DNA of 59,703 bases, filler included, from Platydemus manokwari (taxonomy: Eukaryota), in the NCBI GenBank assembly GCA_037951405.1. It is 5 parts of 5 records of this genome, joined end to end, with 100 filler letters (N's around TTAATTAATTAA, not from the genome) between each part and the next. Parts side by side here need not be neighbours in the genome. Positions count along the whole stretch, not along the records: positions 24,171 to 36,993 come from JBBMOY011954715.1; positions 37,094 to 50,478 come from JBBMOY011746952.1; 3 more parts are not named here. One strand, written 5' to 3'. Made by a program: the position numbers and the translations under genes. The notes under the pieces are model-generated. The model did not search any database. It was not told the DNA's origin and saw only the letters and a program-made list of their open reading frames with translations. Positions 24,171 to 38,653 of this stretch are shown here, one piece after another. The stretch's first letter is position 1. Each line of letters starts with the position of its first letter.

Positions 24171-26889
24171 AAGAGTATATTATTTTATCTGTATATATAC
24201 ATGCTTATAATTGTGTCATTTTTATCTGGTATAATTTGATTATGTAATCATTATTGATTTGATATTTTCTGTTAATAATTTAGGTAATTCAATGATCAAA
24301 ATGGATCCTTAAAACTTTATCAATTTATGGAATGATATGAAGAATACTACTCTTAATAGTTCGCAGAACATCTGAAGATGATAACTGTGGAATTTGAAAT
24401 GATTTGGATGAAATCATGTAATAAGGTGTGATTTCCATTTTTCCTTTGAATTTAAATAGATATAATTCAGGAGATTTCAAATAAAACTATTCAGGATAAT
24501 TGGAAGTGTAGTGAGTGTTGAGGAAGCCTGCAGTAAACAATAGAGAATAAAATTAACAGTTAAATTTCTGAATATTATAAGCCGAGAAATAATAAGGGGT
24601 TTCAAAAATTATTTTAAAGAAAATTGTTTATTATCTACAGGATTAAATAGGTTTTTGCCAATTTATCTAAAAATGGTCGTCTTAGAATACTGATGAGAAT
24701 AAAATAATTTCCTAGAGATATGATTAATGAATTCAGATGTTTGTTAGCTTAATTAATTGATATCAATTTATATCTCGTTTCAATCACTGAACAAGCAAAT
24801 GAATCCGTGTTATTAAGCAAGAAAGTGCAATGAAATGTGAGATTAAAATAATGATTGAGAAGTAAGTTGAATCGGTTGAAATTATGATTGAATGTCACAA
24901 TAATAACAATAATAAGGTCTTGCATCATGATCTCGCTGATAAATGATGTTTTGAATAACAAATTAATCGATATAATTGAAATACAAAATGGATGAAAAAA
25001 CTATTCGATTTTTCAAGGAATTGACAAAACTGGCAGATATGTTTGGAAAATCGATCAATAAATGGATAAAAGTAGGGAAGTACAAAACTAAAAATGGTGA
25101 AATTATTTTTATAAAGATACATTTTTACCACATTTTTAATGGTTACAACATTATTTGTCCATTAGACGATTTTTTATTTGCTTTCTGGATGCCTTTTATA
25201 AGGCGAATTAATTATTCGGGCAGAATATGCTCTAATAAGGCTTGATAATTCAACAACCTTGATGTTTGTATTTTATTACGCGACTATTTTTTCCAACAAG
25301 CTTCTGTGGCCATTTTTCATTCCACTCAATCAAAATTAAACTTTCCTAGAAACGAATCGATTACAGTAAAAATATTTCTCATTTTTTACGATCTGAGATC
25401 AACAAAGCGTTCCAATTAAGTCTTTGTTTTTTGAAATGGCAATATTTTACGTATTTTATTATTTGGGTTGATTTGTTTTAATATTCATCAATAACGAGTC
25501 GAAAATTATTTTCATTTATTACTGTCCAAGCCAATACTGTTATTCAAATTTAAAACACTTTAAACTGAAATTAAGATTTTTTTATTTAAATATTTAATGT
25601 ATTATAAATAATATGATAAGATTTTCTATTCAATTCGTCATGTATCGGGCTGATTTGATGTGCTAATAAATGATTGGTGAGATGGAGCTGGATCACATCA
25701 GTCTCAAAATTTCGTCCTTGATAGGTCGTTTATTTAATTTTTACAGAAAACTGATTGGAGAAATTTTATTGTGTTGAAAAAATATGACATCGCAATAAAA
25801 ATACTGGATTGATTAATAAAATTCCAAATTTATTGTTTATACTATTTATTTGGAACTACATTTATTCCTACCTTTATTGTTACGTTTTTTAATAACCTGA
25901 TTTTTATTACTTTTATATTTCAAATTTTCATTTGTGATAGAAATTTTTAGTGTAGAAATTTTCACTGTAAAAATAATGTCTTGATTTTAATAGTGACTGA
26001 ATGATAGTTACGTAAGTGTTATTATATTCGTATATTTATGTTAATTCTTACATTTTCTTCCAATTAATTTTATATTTTCCATATCAGCTTCAATGATTTA
26101 ACATAATAGAAATTTGCGTTACTCAAGGATGTTAAGATTTGTTAAAATTAAAACGACATTTCGATTACAACTTTGATTACTGTTTTTGTTATTTCATATT
26201 TAATTTTTTTGAAAAATTTTCTTTACTTTTTGGTATTCTGATTCCCTCAATAAATTTTTTAATTTTTTTCGAATAATTATTAAATTTAATCTGCTGATGG
26301 ATTATCAATGAAACTGAGAAATTGAAATTTAGTAATTCTTCATATAACAAATTTCAGAATATTTCGATAAATCAACTTTTTCTCGAAGTTATAATGACTG
26401 CAATATATCTTTCTGTAGATATCTGACCAAAAATATTGTATTTAGCATCACTTGAATCATTATCAGTATTTTTGAAAGGTATTGTGATTAGTTTCAAGAA
26501 TTAATTACGTAAATGTAATTTTCGTTATTTACTAATTATTGATTCGGAATAAAATCTCTTTGAAATTATTTAAAATTACCATCTGTGAAAAATAAGCCTT
26601 CAATTTTATTTAAAGTGATTGTCATTAAATAGTTGTTCACTTCAACAACGAATTTCATAGTTCTTGTTACTAGGTATATATTTTTAAATTTTCTATATTA
26701 ACCTATAATTAAGATATCGATATTTTACAATGTATCTCATATTTTATTTATTCAATCATTTAAGATATGTAGTTAAATTAACATCAATTGATTTTTCTTT
26801 TTAAGTGCACATCTCATCATTTAATAATTTTATTTCGAACGAATTTCTATGCAAATGTTAAATTATTACTCAAATAATTTTGAATTACA

Positions 26890-28400
26890 AATATTTTTAC
26901 TGTTTTTATTTCGTAGTACTGTTGGGGTTCTAAATTTTAAGTGAAGTATGATAAGTAATATCAGTCAATTAAATTTTTCCCAACTTTGACGTGTTCTATA
27001 TTTATCTTCTTGTCCTTTTCGTAACACCTGACTCCAAAGGTGCAGTGTATGATAACTATGTTATTAGTTATTTAAAGTTATGTATGACAACAGTGATATT
27101 AATTCTTTATCTGAAGTTAAAAATCAAGTTTGTACTTAAAATATATATTGAAATATAATACAATATTTTACAAATCACAATTAATATAAACTCATATTGA
27201 TCGTTAATAATAAAAGGTTTTAGGAGAATTTTATGATTGACAAATAACCAGGCGGGATGAGTTTGCGCTTCGCTTAATTAGAGAATTTACTGACTATGTT
27301 GATAGAGCGTATAATTTTATTTGGTCTCTTATGGATATTCCGGTAAGAGCCCTGGGTTGAAAGATTATTGGAGGTTAGGCCTACCTGGCACCCTAACATC
27401 TTATACTAGATTTGTGTTGATAGTTGTAGAATTTATGATAATTTATCTCTAGGTGAACTAGGTTCAGGCTAGAGTATCTTTAATGGGATTTGAATTAGAT
27501 TATTATCGAGCCGAATTTAACTATTTAATTTTAGACACCAGAACAACTTATCGGAGTTGTTTGTGGAGAATTAGATAATGTAAATTAAATAATGTTTACA
27601 ATAAATGTGATTAATAACTTTCCAATAGTCACCAGAACAACTTATCTGAGTTGTTGGTGGTAGAATAAATAATGTTTAATAAATATAATTAAGATATTAA
27701 AGCAAATGGATGAATTAGTTAATAATCGCTTTTAAATATTATTAATAGAAACAGTGGTACTAATATAAATTTCTTACGATTATGTTCCTTGTGAATTATT
27801 TTGTGAGTTGAGTAAGCCGCAAGAATGTCCTGAGTCTCTATTCGAGTTCTTGATTATCTTGAGGCATGTCGTAAGCTTTTGGATCCTTTAATTCGGAAGA
27901 TTTTCTAGTGAGTGTTTTTCTGGAAGATTAATAATTCGGAATCTTGAGTGTTTCTATGGAAGATTAGTAATTCAGAATCTTCTTTCTGTTAGTAATATCT
28001 TGCTGGTTTCCTTTTTCTTTTATAGCTCCACCGATAATTTCTGATTTATGATTTAACAATTATCCTTGAAGAGTAATTATTAGTTGGGAGCAATGATCCT
28101 TGAAACGTGATTATTCCTGTTTGATTTGTTGCGATTACTGGAGAGTAAGTATTCTGGTTTGATTTGTTGATGATTTAATTATTCTTGATTTCAGAAATCG
28201 TTTCCGGCGATTTTGCTCTTAGTTCTATTTAGTTTAATTCGTATATTGTGTGTGTTCTTTAATTTTTGCGTCCTTTTTATATAACCCTAGTTTTTTTTTT
28301 AGTTTCTTCTTCTATTTTTAATCTTTTATATTCCTATTTTTGCTTTAAAATTTCTCACTTTTCTATTTTGAATCGTTGTTCTATTTCTGGATTTATTTAA
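26890..28400 (-). mobile_element. Repeat family A copy 2 (inverted)
   Basis: Reverse complement aligns to 10850-12300. Contains a duplicated ACCAGAACAAC...GTTGTT..GTGG hairpin unit (~27537 and ~27631) and a 36-bp tandem duplication at ~27910-27981. Confidence 0.65.
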
Positions 28401-31400
28401 CACTATTATCGTTAAGGTTTTCTATTTTTTGGATTTGGGAGTTTTATTATTCAGTAATGAAAAAATTTCCTCGCTTAATAATAATTATTTTCTTATTTCT
28501 ATTTTGTTATTATATATTTTGTTATATTCATAATTTTATTACATTCTCATTATAGGATTATTATTTTGTAATATGGATTATTATTTGTTATCTTTTATAA
28601 TATTATTTTGTTATATCTTGGTTCCCAATAGTACTATTTCCCACTTCAACAATTCATTTTAACTAAGACATTGTTTAATATAATTTATTAATAATCTTAC
28701 CTCTACGTATTTTTTAAATTCATAATGTAATTTACTTTTTATCATCCAATCAATCCATAATTTTCTGCATATCCAAACATTCAAAATGTCTAGGTATTTC
28801 TAACCCATTGTTTGCACAACCAGAATCATAACCAAGTTATCAAAATAAGAAATAGTTTTTCTTTAATTTCGATATTATTAAATGAGAATCAATATTCGGA
28901 CATTTTATTGTCAATCTTGAAATTCTGAAATAAATTGGACATTGATTATTAAAACTATTTTTGATATTTAGCTTTTTATCACTTAAAATTTAAAAAATCC
29001 TAACTCAAAAATTTCGGAGTTCATAAGATAAAACTGTCGACCAAACGATTTAGTAAAAATTGAAATTAAGATAATATTAAACAAATTTTATTGTTATTGG
29101 CGATTGATTTTATATATTTTACTGGCTCTGAAGGGCTTCAGCAACTGGTGTGATGACCGAGCTGTTGGAAAATGAGTTAATGTTAAATTGATAATTGAGC
29201 ACAGAAGAAACTGAGTTGCTCTGGGACTGAAAAATAATGATGCGGTTATGAAAACCTGCTTTAATGACTACCGTGTAAAATAACAAATGACCTGTCTAGC
29301 TATTCGAAGTTATCGTTTATTGAGTCAACTTTGGTTATTAACAGCAGATTCGTTTATTTATATAATTACTGAAATCAAAACGCACGTATGGGTTTTCAAA
29401 GTATTTATTAAAGAAAATCGAAACTTAACAATTAATATATAAAAAAGAACAACAAAAATATTAGATTAATATCCGGTACTTCACCTCAGTGATTAACAGG
29501 TAAATTTTCTCACTTAAATTTACTTCAATTGATTTATCTTATTAATTTTTTTTACATAATTTATTTAGGCAATTATTTTCTCATGCCTATTTTAATTGAT
29601 CAGTTGGCCTAATTTAACCTTATTTTATATATTTTTTAATTTTTTATATTAATTTTTCTTTTAATTTTGTTATTTATTCTTTTTTTATTATTATTTTATT
29701 ACGCTATTACTCGCTCGCTCTGCCGACACCTCCGCATTGTTCATTCCGTCCGTTCTCACAGATTTTTAACACAATAAATAAAACAGTTTAATACCATATT
29801 AAAAATAATTTGTAAAAACAAACCAATATGAAAGTTACGCTAATTGTTTATTATCAATGTTAAAAATAAATGTTAGAAGCAAGATTGCAATATCAAATTC
29901 TGGCACGAATTGATTTACTGTCATTATTGTTGAGGCTGGACTGTTATTTACCGGCTTGTCCTCATTGACCATGTTTTTCTCTGGGCAGTGTATAATCAGG
30001 ATATTATTTATTGTTAATGTTATGTATGCTGTGGCATGCGTGCAAATTGGGTTATGTGGTGCTCAACTGTACCATATGGGTTATGTTACTCGAAATGTAT
30101 ATGTACACTGGGTTATATCATATGGGGTGTGCGCCAAACAATAATATTGCATTAAAAATAGCACTTAAATTGACAATCGTAAAATTTGTCCGAATTTTGA
30201 CAATTACTATGAATTCAAAATTTATGCTATTAAGATTATTCAAACGTCATTCTTTGAGAGATGTCTGTTCTTTAATCGTCAATTATTTTACTAGTTAAAC
30301 TGTTCTTTCTAGTAATTAAAATTAATAATATACAAATTAAATGAATTAATCGAAATTACTGGTTTCAAATAAAATCAGAATCTTCCTATCTGTAGCGTTG
30401 ATTTGATTCGGATTCTATATCTTTTCTTCTTTGTCATGTTTTATATTGTTCTTTTCCATTGGGCCATATTTAGCCGATATCTAGAATAAAAGCGGATTTA
30501 AATAAGCTGTTTCTGATTCAATTGTAGCATTGTTATTTTTAATTTTATTGGATATTACTAGGACTAATTTTAATATTATAAGTAATATACTTCGAGTTTG
30601 TCTTTACGATACTCATGTTCCACAGGACATTATTAAAATCAATCCTCTAACTACTTTTAATACGATACTCTATATGCTCTTAACTTATATTTACCAAAAC
30701 TGATAATGAAATATAAATGAATATGAGGACAAGTAAGTAAAATTGTTTTTTTTAATAAAATGAAATAAATATAATTATTTCAAAATTATTTGGTGCTTTC
30801 GTAATATTCAAATGATGTTATTTCATTCGTTTGCTACTGATTAAAAATTCAATTATCCTAAAGCTGCCGATAAATGACATATTTGACTTTGTTATGATAA
30901 AATGTATTACTTGTTAATCGTGAGAATCATAAGTCATAAGCCTAAAATTAAATTGAGAAATCAGATTTTGTTCGAATAAATTGTTTTGGAATGTGTATGC
31001 TCACGGTTTTGCAAAGATATAATTTTCATGTTTGTAACAGTTATTTTTCAGAATCACAAAATATTTGAATATATAATTCAATCTAATGATTTGTGAAAGT
31101 TTTCTTTATTTATGACTATTATTGGCTATTTATGAAAATTATATGTAGTTGCTACTTTGAGCACTTATTGTTTTATTGCATTTTTTGTTTTGAATTATTT
31201 AAATTTAATTTCAAGTTTCCGTTTGTAAATGACCTATGTTTATTGAACGGGCAAGTTATGTCAATTATTAATAAAGATTATTTATTTAATTATTGTGAAA
31301 GATAATATATAAAATCAATAATCGATAAATCTTGCTAATATGACGTTTACTTTGTAATTAATATTAAAAAATATATAATTATTGATTTTATCTCAGTTTA

Positions 31401-34400
31401 ATCACCAACTGAAATAAAAATTTATTTTATTCTAAACAATATTTGTAATACTGATAATTCGCTTTTGTTATTCTAACCAATTCTTTTATTTTTCATGCTT
31501 GACTGCGTAAATTGAATATGATCATTTGTTCTTGTTCAATATTCAAATTTTAAATAATATAAAAACACGGTGATATTTGTTTTGGTTTGAAAGCAGTCTT
31601 GATTTATAAGAGACAGCTCTACATAATGTTTGAAAGGCCATTCGAGAACATCATCAGTTTGGAAATTTGAAATGCGTAAGTATTTACACTATCTTGCCTC
31701 TCAGCTAGACATATCTTGTAACCGTTTTGATGTGAGAAAAATGTATTGCTCTAAATACTTAAATTAACTATTCACTGTCATACTTTGTCTTACCAATTAT
31801 CGATTTTCCACATGAATTCTCCTGCTTTGTCAATAGCTAAAAAATATTATTGCAGTGCAGTATCATTATTTTAGATTTCAAATTCCTTTTTCTTGTGTTC
31901 ACATGATATTGCTTACTTTCTAGGGTTTTGTCACGAATTTTTGTGGAAAATATAATTTAAATAATAAATAAGTTTTTTGTAAAATTGTTCTGTCATTATG
32001 CCTAAAAGCAATAATTTAATCGTTTAATAATTAGATTTTCAATAAATTTTGTTTGCCTTTTCTCAATTTTGAATTTTTTCTAAAGTTTAACGGTTGAAAA
32101 AATTATTGTACAAATGTTCTTTATATGCCTCAGTAATTTGATAATTAATCCATTATCGATCTATCATTTCACTATTTTCTCTCTTCAACGATTCAATTTC
32201 ATTTAAACATTTCCTTATTCAATTGATCAAACATGAATAGATATTTGAAAAGCGATTCATCGCTTGTTTGTGGATTTTTTCCTGATTTAGATTAAAATTC
32301 TAATTGTGATTTACATTCAATATTTGGACATTTGACTTCTTGTCTTGATATTATTACATTATTTAGTCCACGATTTTAACTATAAATTATGAAATTTTTC
32401 TAACATGAAAAACTTAAACACATATTTAATTATTTAGTAACTGAATTCTATAAATAATTTAAAAAAATTGTTCTGAAATTTTTGAATTAATTATTCCAAT
32501 TTGATTTATTTTAATTGGTATATTTAATGTAATTCTTTCATTTATCGACCAGTAATACTTTTATCATCGACCATTAGTTATAATATTTATCCTTAACATA
32601 TTAATAAAATATCGATAACATTGATTGAATGTTGGAATAGCGGAAATTTGTTGAAAATTTTTATTGATTATGTGTTACTCTTGTTAGCTTATTGTTATTT
32701 ATTCATTTAACATTGTTTGGATTGTAATTTCTGATTATTATAAATGCTTTAAAATTATAATTTTAATGTTTCGTCTCTGATTATCATTTTTTCGCTTTGG
32801 ATAATGTAGTATAATGCTACAAAACTTATGCCTTAGATTTTGTTCTTGCCAATTAAATACGATGTTTGAGATTGTGATCCATCGATAAAATACTAAAAAA
32901 TTATAAAAATGTATCTTTCTTGTAAAATAGGATGTTCTTTCAAGCACCGCATTCTTTTGTATAAAAGATCAGTATCGAAATTGACAAGGAGGTGATTCGC
33001 TTCAAATAAGAATGTCACGTTCTCAAAAATGTTAAGTTAGATAAGGTGGTCAAAATTATGTATAATTTTTCATCCATTGATGTATTTATTTTCTTGTCTT
33101 TTCAAATTTCAATTAAGTACCTGTAACTTATTAGTAAAGTTTTTAAATTAATCAATCTCGATGTATTGGTTTTTCGAATAATCGTATTTTCTATCAATTA
33201 ATAATTAATATTAAATATGCCAATATCAACGATATTTTTGTTGTTCTGAAATATATAATAAAAATGTTTGTTAGGCATGTTAGGTTGTTGATGTTTAAAT
33301 ATAATTTTTGTACAACTCGACAGCGTGAATTCACTTATTATATGTGCATAATAGAAATTATTAATTGTCAGATTTATTGAACAGATATTGAATACGAATA
33401 AAATTAAAATTTATTTAATGCACAAAACAAATTTTCGTACAAGTTTAGCTCAATCAATATCATGCAAAGAATTGGTCGGGTTATGTTGTGATCGCAATAT
33501 GTAGTTTGAGATATAGTTAGTTAAGGTGTAAAAAGGTACTATTCTTTTGGTCAAGTTATTTATCATAAATGAAATTTTCTTAGTTAATTTTATCCTTAAA
33601 AGATTAATTTCCATAAAAAATTATGGTCCGTTTCTAATAATTGTTTTCTCACACTCGAATCACGAAACTTTGTAATTGTGATTTGTGTTGAAAATCCATT
33701 AGCTTATATAGGACTTTCATCACTTACAAAATTCTGTGATTTTTATACTTTGGATTTTAATGATTTATAATATAAAATGTTCGTTTACATTTAAAATTGT
33801 TAAATCTTACTGACAATACAAAATTTTTAATTAACTAATCTCACATGTTATATTTCTTTTCTATTTTATTCTATTTATTTTAATAAGTTATATAAATAAT
33901 ATATTTTTTATTTTTGCCATTCTTTACAAATCAAATAAAAAAAATTTAAATCGAAAATACATTGTTTTATATAAACAATCTCTATCAAATTAACATTAAA
34001 GATATCACTGATGTTATCAAATTAAAAGGATCAAAAACGTCAGAATTGGAATACTAAGTTTTTGATAAAAGTGCTGATTTTAAGTGTCTATATCCACGCT
34101 CTAGTTCTTTTTTTTCTTCAGGTTTTTCTCTTCTTTCAGATGGGGTCACTGTTGCATTTCCAGAGTTTCCTTATTTATCAGACCAAAATTTTTTGTTGTA
34201 TGTTTTCTGTTAATGTTTTGTATGATTTCTTTTTCCATGCACCATATGTCCTGATGGTAATGGGTATTTTCTCATATTCGTTCTCCTCACTATCTGAGTA
34301 AAACACTAGCCAATATATACTTTCCCAACACGTCTCCGGAGATCCGTTCAGAGGTTACCGAGACTCTATCCCTCTGTATTTGATGTGGCTGCTGTTTTAC

Positions 34401-36639
34401 TGTTTTTTAGGTTATTAATTGGTTACTTGTTACTTCTATTAAAATAAATATTAAATGTTATTATTTATTGTGTTAATTGGATGTTGATTGATTATTGTTC
34501 TTTTTTCTCACTGGCTATTAAGTGGCTTTAATAATGATTATTGTAGACTACAATGGGAAATTAATTTACTGAATAATGTAAAGGTGATATAATTTGCTAA
34601 TATTACTGTAATAATATAATATTAGTGTTATTATCGTTATTAACATGAGACTACATACTTAACATATTTATTCTTTAGGTAACCACTCATCACGTGGACT
34701 ACAAACAACTAGTTTCACTGGCTTACAAACTCATACTACTTCCTAATCACACAGTTTACACTGTGTGTATTTAGTAATCAGTCATTACCATCACTATTTT
34801 CAGATACCAAGCTTCTATTTTTATATCAAACAAAACACTCCAATTATTCACACCAACTCATTACCAAAACATAAATATATCCAACATTAAGATTTCAACT
34901 ATTCAAATCTTTTCACATTACAATCTATAATTACAAATATTTCGCATTTAACTTTAGATCGAAGTAACTACCAATTATTCAAATAATACAGAAAACTTTG
35001 TCCAACTTATAAACTTTATTACATATAACAGTTTCAATACATATTTCTACAAGTCTTCGCTCGGAATATTATCCTAAAAATACTTAATTACTTATACTTT
35101 AAAGAATAATTCTAACTTAATCATCAATTTTTCCCGATATAACTTTCCAACACATTTAGTTATTTTCTCCGATGAAACAAACACATTTAAAATCCACCAC
35201 TACAATTAATAAACTCACAATGTTATATATTCCCATCTTAAATATCTAAAATACAACATAATCGAAATAATATACATATAATTCTATACTTAAAATCTTA
35301 TTGGAATTTAGTTTACTGAAAAATGTAAAGATTTTATAATTAATGATGATGTGGTTATTTTTGCTCTAATTTTTATTATGATTATGCAATGATTAGACTG
35401 AGTACAACTTGCGATATAACTGAATTAAATTTGTTTATTAAATTATTATGACCAACTTTAATAATGTTATCTCCTACAATCAAGATCAAAACTATTTTAT
35501 GTTGGGGTTGTTGGGTTTGTGTCTTGCTGATACTTACAGATTTAGAGATACGAATCAGAATTATTTTCTTAATTAGTTTGACAACTTTAATACCCAACAC
35601 AATTGAGCTGTTTAAACTTGTGTATGTACTGCTAACTCCAAAAGATGTATTTAAACAATGAACAAGTTTAAGCTAATATAAATAAATAACAATAAGAAAA
35701 ATAGAATTACAATTTCAATAAAAATATCTCAGAAATACAATTATAAGTTGGATAACAAATAGTATACTACAAATAACCAGGAGATTAGAGGGAAAGCCTT
35801 AAGATAATTTTGTTTGTTTTTCTTTTTAGACTATTCAGATAGAGTGCAGATTTTATATGGGTTCTTATGCCTCTGCTTGTAAGAATTCTTAGTGATTTTG
35901 TTAGTGATTAGGCCTAATAGCACCGTAACTATTATACTTGATTTGTTTTAGAATTTTTCGATTTTTTTAATTTTTATTTCTAGTTGAACTTTGTTCAATC
36001 TAGAATTCATATGTAAATGGTTGTACAGTATCTAGTGTTTATTAAAACAATCGATAGTTAAGTGTAAATTTAATATTCAATAAAATAATTAAATTATTAC
36101 GTGAAAGATTTAATAATTGATATAAATTTGCAAAGAACAATTACGAATCACTTTACGTTCAAGTTTAATATGCTTACTATGTTCACTTTCGAAGTTAGTA
36201 CTAGTTTTCAGTAGAAGTGAGAGCTTGCTTTTAACGAAATATATCCAATATATTTGATCAAAGTATTTGTTCAAGTTTGGATGAGATGGTTTCCTTTTCT
36301 TTTCACGCTTTACGTTTCTTTTAGTTTCTCTTTTCATGTTTTGTTAATTCCTCTTCGAGCTTTATATAGCTTTCGGAAAAATTAATTGCTAACTATAATT
36401 ATCTGTCCTCACAACAATTATGGATAATTGTTTTGCGAGATTGAATATGATAACTTAATAGCTTTGATATCTATTGATTAAACTGATTCAATTTAGAGTT
36501 GATAATGATTTATTTTCAAAGTTAATATTTGTCGACATATTTTCTTTCTATACGAGCTAACTAACAAGTTATAACAAGTTATACTTATAGTGCAGATTGA
36601 GTAGTAATGGCTAATAAATCAACTGGTGGGTTTAAATGT

Positions 36640-36993
36640 ATGTACAAGATATGGGTGGTGTATTCCCTTGATTAATAAAAAGCAAGAAACATTAGTTGAA
36701 TCTTTTAAAAATTATTTTGAACGAGATAAACGAATACCTGAATATATTTTGTTTGTTAAGACCATGGAATAACAAGTGAATTTTTTAATGATTTTTGTGA
36801 TAAAAAACTATATGAATGAAAAACAATACTGAAAATGATGATATAAATATAAAACCTAAATTTAAAGTATTAGATCGTGTGAGAATATTGAAATATAAAA
36901 CTAAATTCGAGAAAGTTTATACTACAAAATTCACTAATGAAATATTTATTATTAAAGAGGTTTGTAAAACGAAATCTGTGACTTATAAATTAA
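36640..36993 (+). mobile_element. Maverick/Polinton-type rve integrase remnant
   Basis: YGWCIPLINKKQETLVESFKNYF...RIPEYI and KPKFKVLDRVRILKYKTKFEKVYTTKFTNEIFIIKEV...VTYKL, the characteristic Maverick integrase C-terminal segment. Internally deleted and cut by a gap. Confidence 0.75.
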
Positions 36994-37093
36994 NNNNNNN
37001 NNNNNNNNNNNNNNNNNNNNNNNNNNNNNNNNNNNNNTTAATTAATTAANNNNNNNNNNNNNNNNNNNNNNNNNNNNNNNNNNNNNNNNNNNN
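36994..37093. other. Artificial scaffold gap linker
   Basis: 44N-TTAATTAATTAA-44N. Confidence 0.95.
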
Positions 37094-38653
37094 GCAAAGA
37101 AAATCAAAGATTTTAAAGAAAAAGGAATGTGAGAATGCTAAACTAAATTAAAATTTTTAAAAATATAATTTTATATAAAATTATATTAATTTGTTTATAT
37201 AACCGTATTCAAATACATGATTTGGTGTCGTGTCTTTTCAGTTCTTCTTCGATGAGTGTTTGGTCAAATGAAGCGGGTTACAGTACACGTGTGAAATTTC
37301 TTAGCTTTGTGTTTTCGGTATTTTTCTTAATATAAATAAATTTTTATTCCACTCGCAAAGCTCTTGAAAATATTTATTTTAAAAGGATTATGTTATGGAC
37401 TCGATGAATAAATAGGAAATTTTATAAGTGTAAAATGTCAAAAATATACTATAATTCGTTAAAATAGTAGATATATCGTTTATGTTTGATCTCTTTTCCT
37501 TGAACATGCTTTCAACTTTTCAAATAAGTCAGTTTCTGTAACTCGTCGAAAACATCGTAAGCCAATAATATTTTGAATAACATTGTGATGATTCTTATCT
37601 ATGTGTATGTTTTGCACATCAACAACACTTATCTATTGTTTAAAAGGGTCAAGAGGGTTGTCCACCAAACGATTATGTAAACTATGTTTATCTATAATGG
37701 ATACTTCTAAATTGTGTCTCAATGAATAACACGATTCATTCATTTAGAAACTAGAATAGTCTCATTTACGTCCCGATAAATATTGAAGAGAACTACAACA
37801 TCAGCTACGTACTGTCATTGCACAAAAACAAGTTTTACTTCCTTGTCTTAATCAAAATCGTACCATAGTTAGTAAATAAAATAAATTATCAACATTTAAA
37901 TTCAAATCTTATAATTGTAGTGGCTGATTAAATAAATTGATGAAATATTAGTTGATAAAATATTAGAAGCTAAAAGCAAAAAGTATATAAATCAATGTCT
38001 GATAAAGAAAAGAATGTATTATATGATTGTTATTATTTTTGGCTTTTTGATCGAATTTCATCGTGAATTTGTGTTATGATAATCGATTTATAGGATTTTG
38101 ATTTTTCTGGGGGATAAATAGGAATTTTCCATCCATCATAAGACACATTTATCCAATATTATTTAGGCTTTATCCAGTCAAACTAGTCTGATCCTTGTTA
38201 ATCGTTGTCGAATTAAATCCTTAAATTAATAAATTGAATTTGATTTTTCGCTTTGAAATTAATTTTTTGCTTGAATTTATTCATTTGTTTGTTGATGTGA
38301 GATTTGTGTTATGATTACGGAATTAATTTTAAATCAGATGAAAACCCTTTTCGTATTGGAATGAAAATTGTAATGACTTCTGTCGGTATTCGATTTACCT
38401 GGTTTTTCTAGCCAAATTACTGTTAATAAAATTATTTATAAATTTTTAAACTTACTTTTTCATATTCTTCATGAGATCAGTTTTTTTCGAATATATCATT
38501 TAGGATTGTAAACTTAAAAAGCTTTTCAAGAGATTTTGGTTCTCATCCAGTACTAATATTTATTTATTAAACATTGGTTTACGAGATAACTAATTCAGCT
38601 ATGTTATAACTTATCCTTTCTTATGATCAGATAGTTCATCCCAGAAACTTCTA

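Noticed and set aside
24749-25245. Cluster of overlapping short ORFs
   Set aside because: No recognisable motif and no consistent splice model.
27537-27660. Two palindromic ~30-bp repeats resembling a CRISPR-like unit
   Set aside because: Only two degenerate copies, inside repeat family A, in a eukaryotic context with no cas genes.
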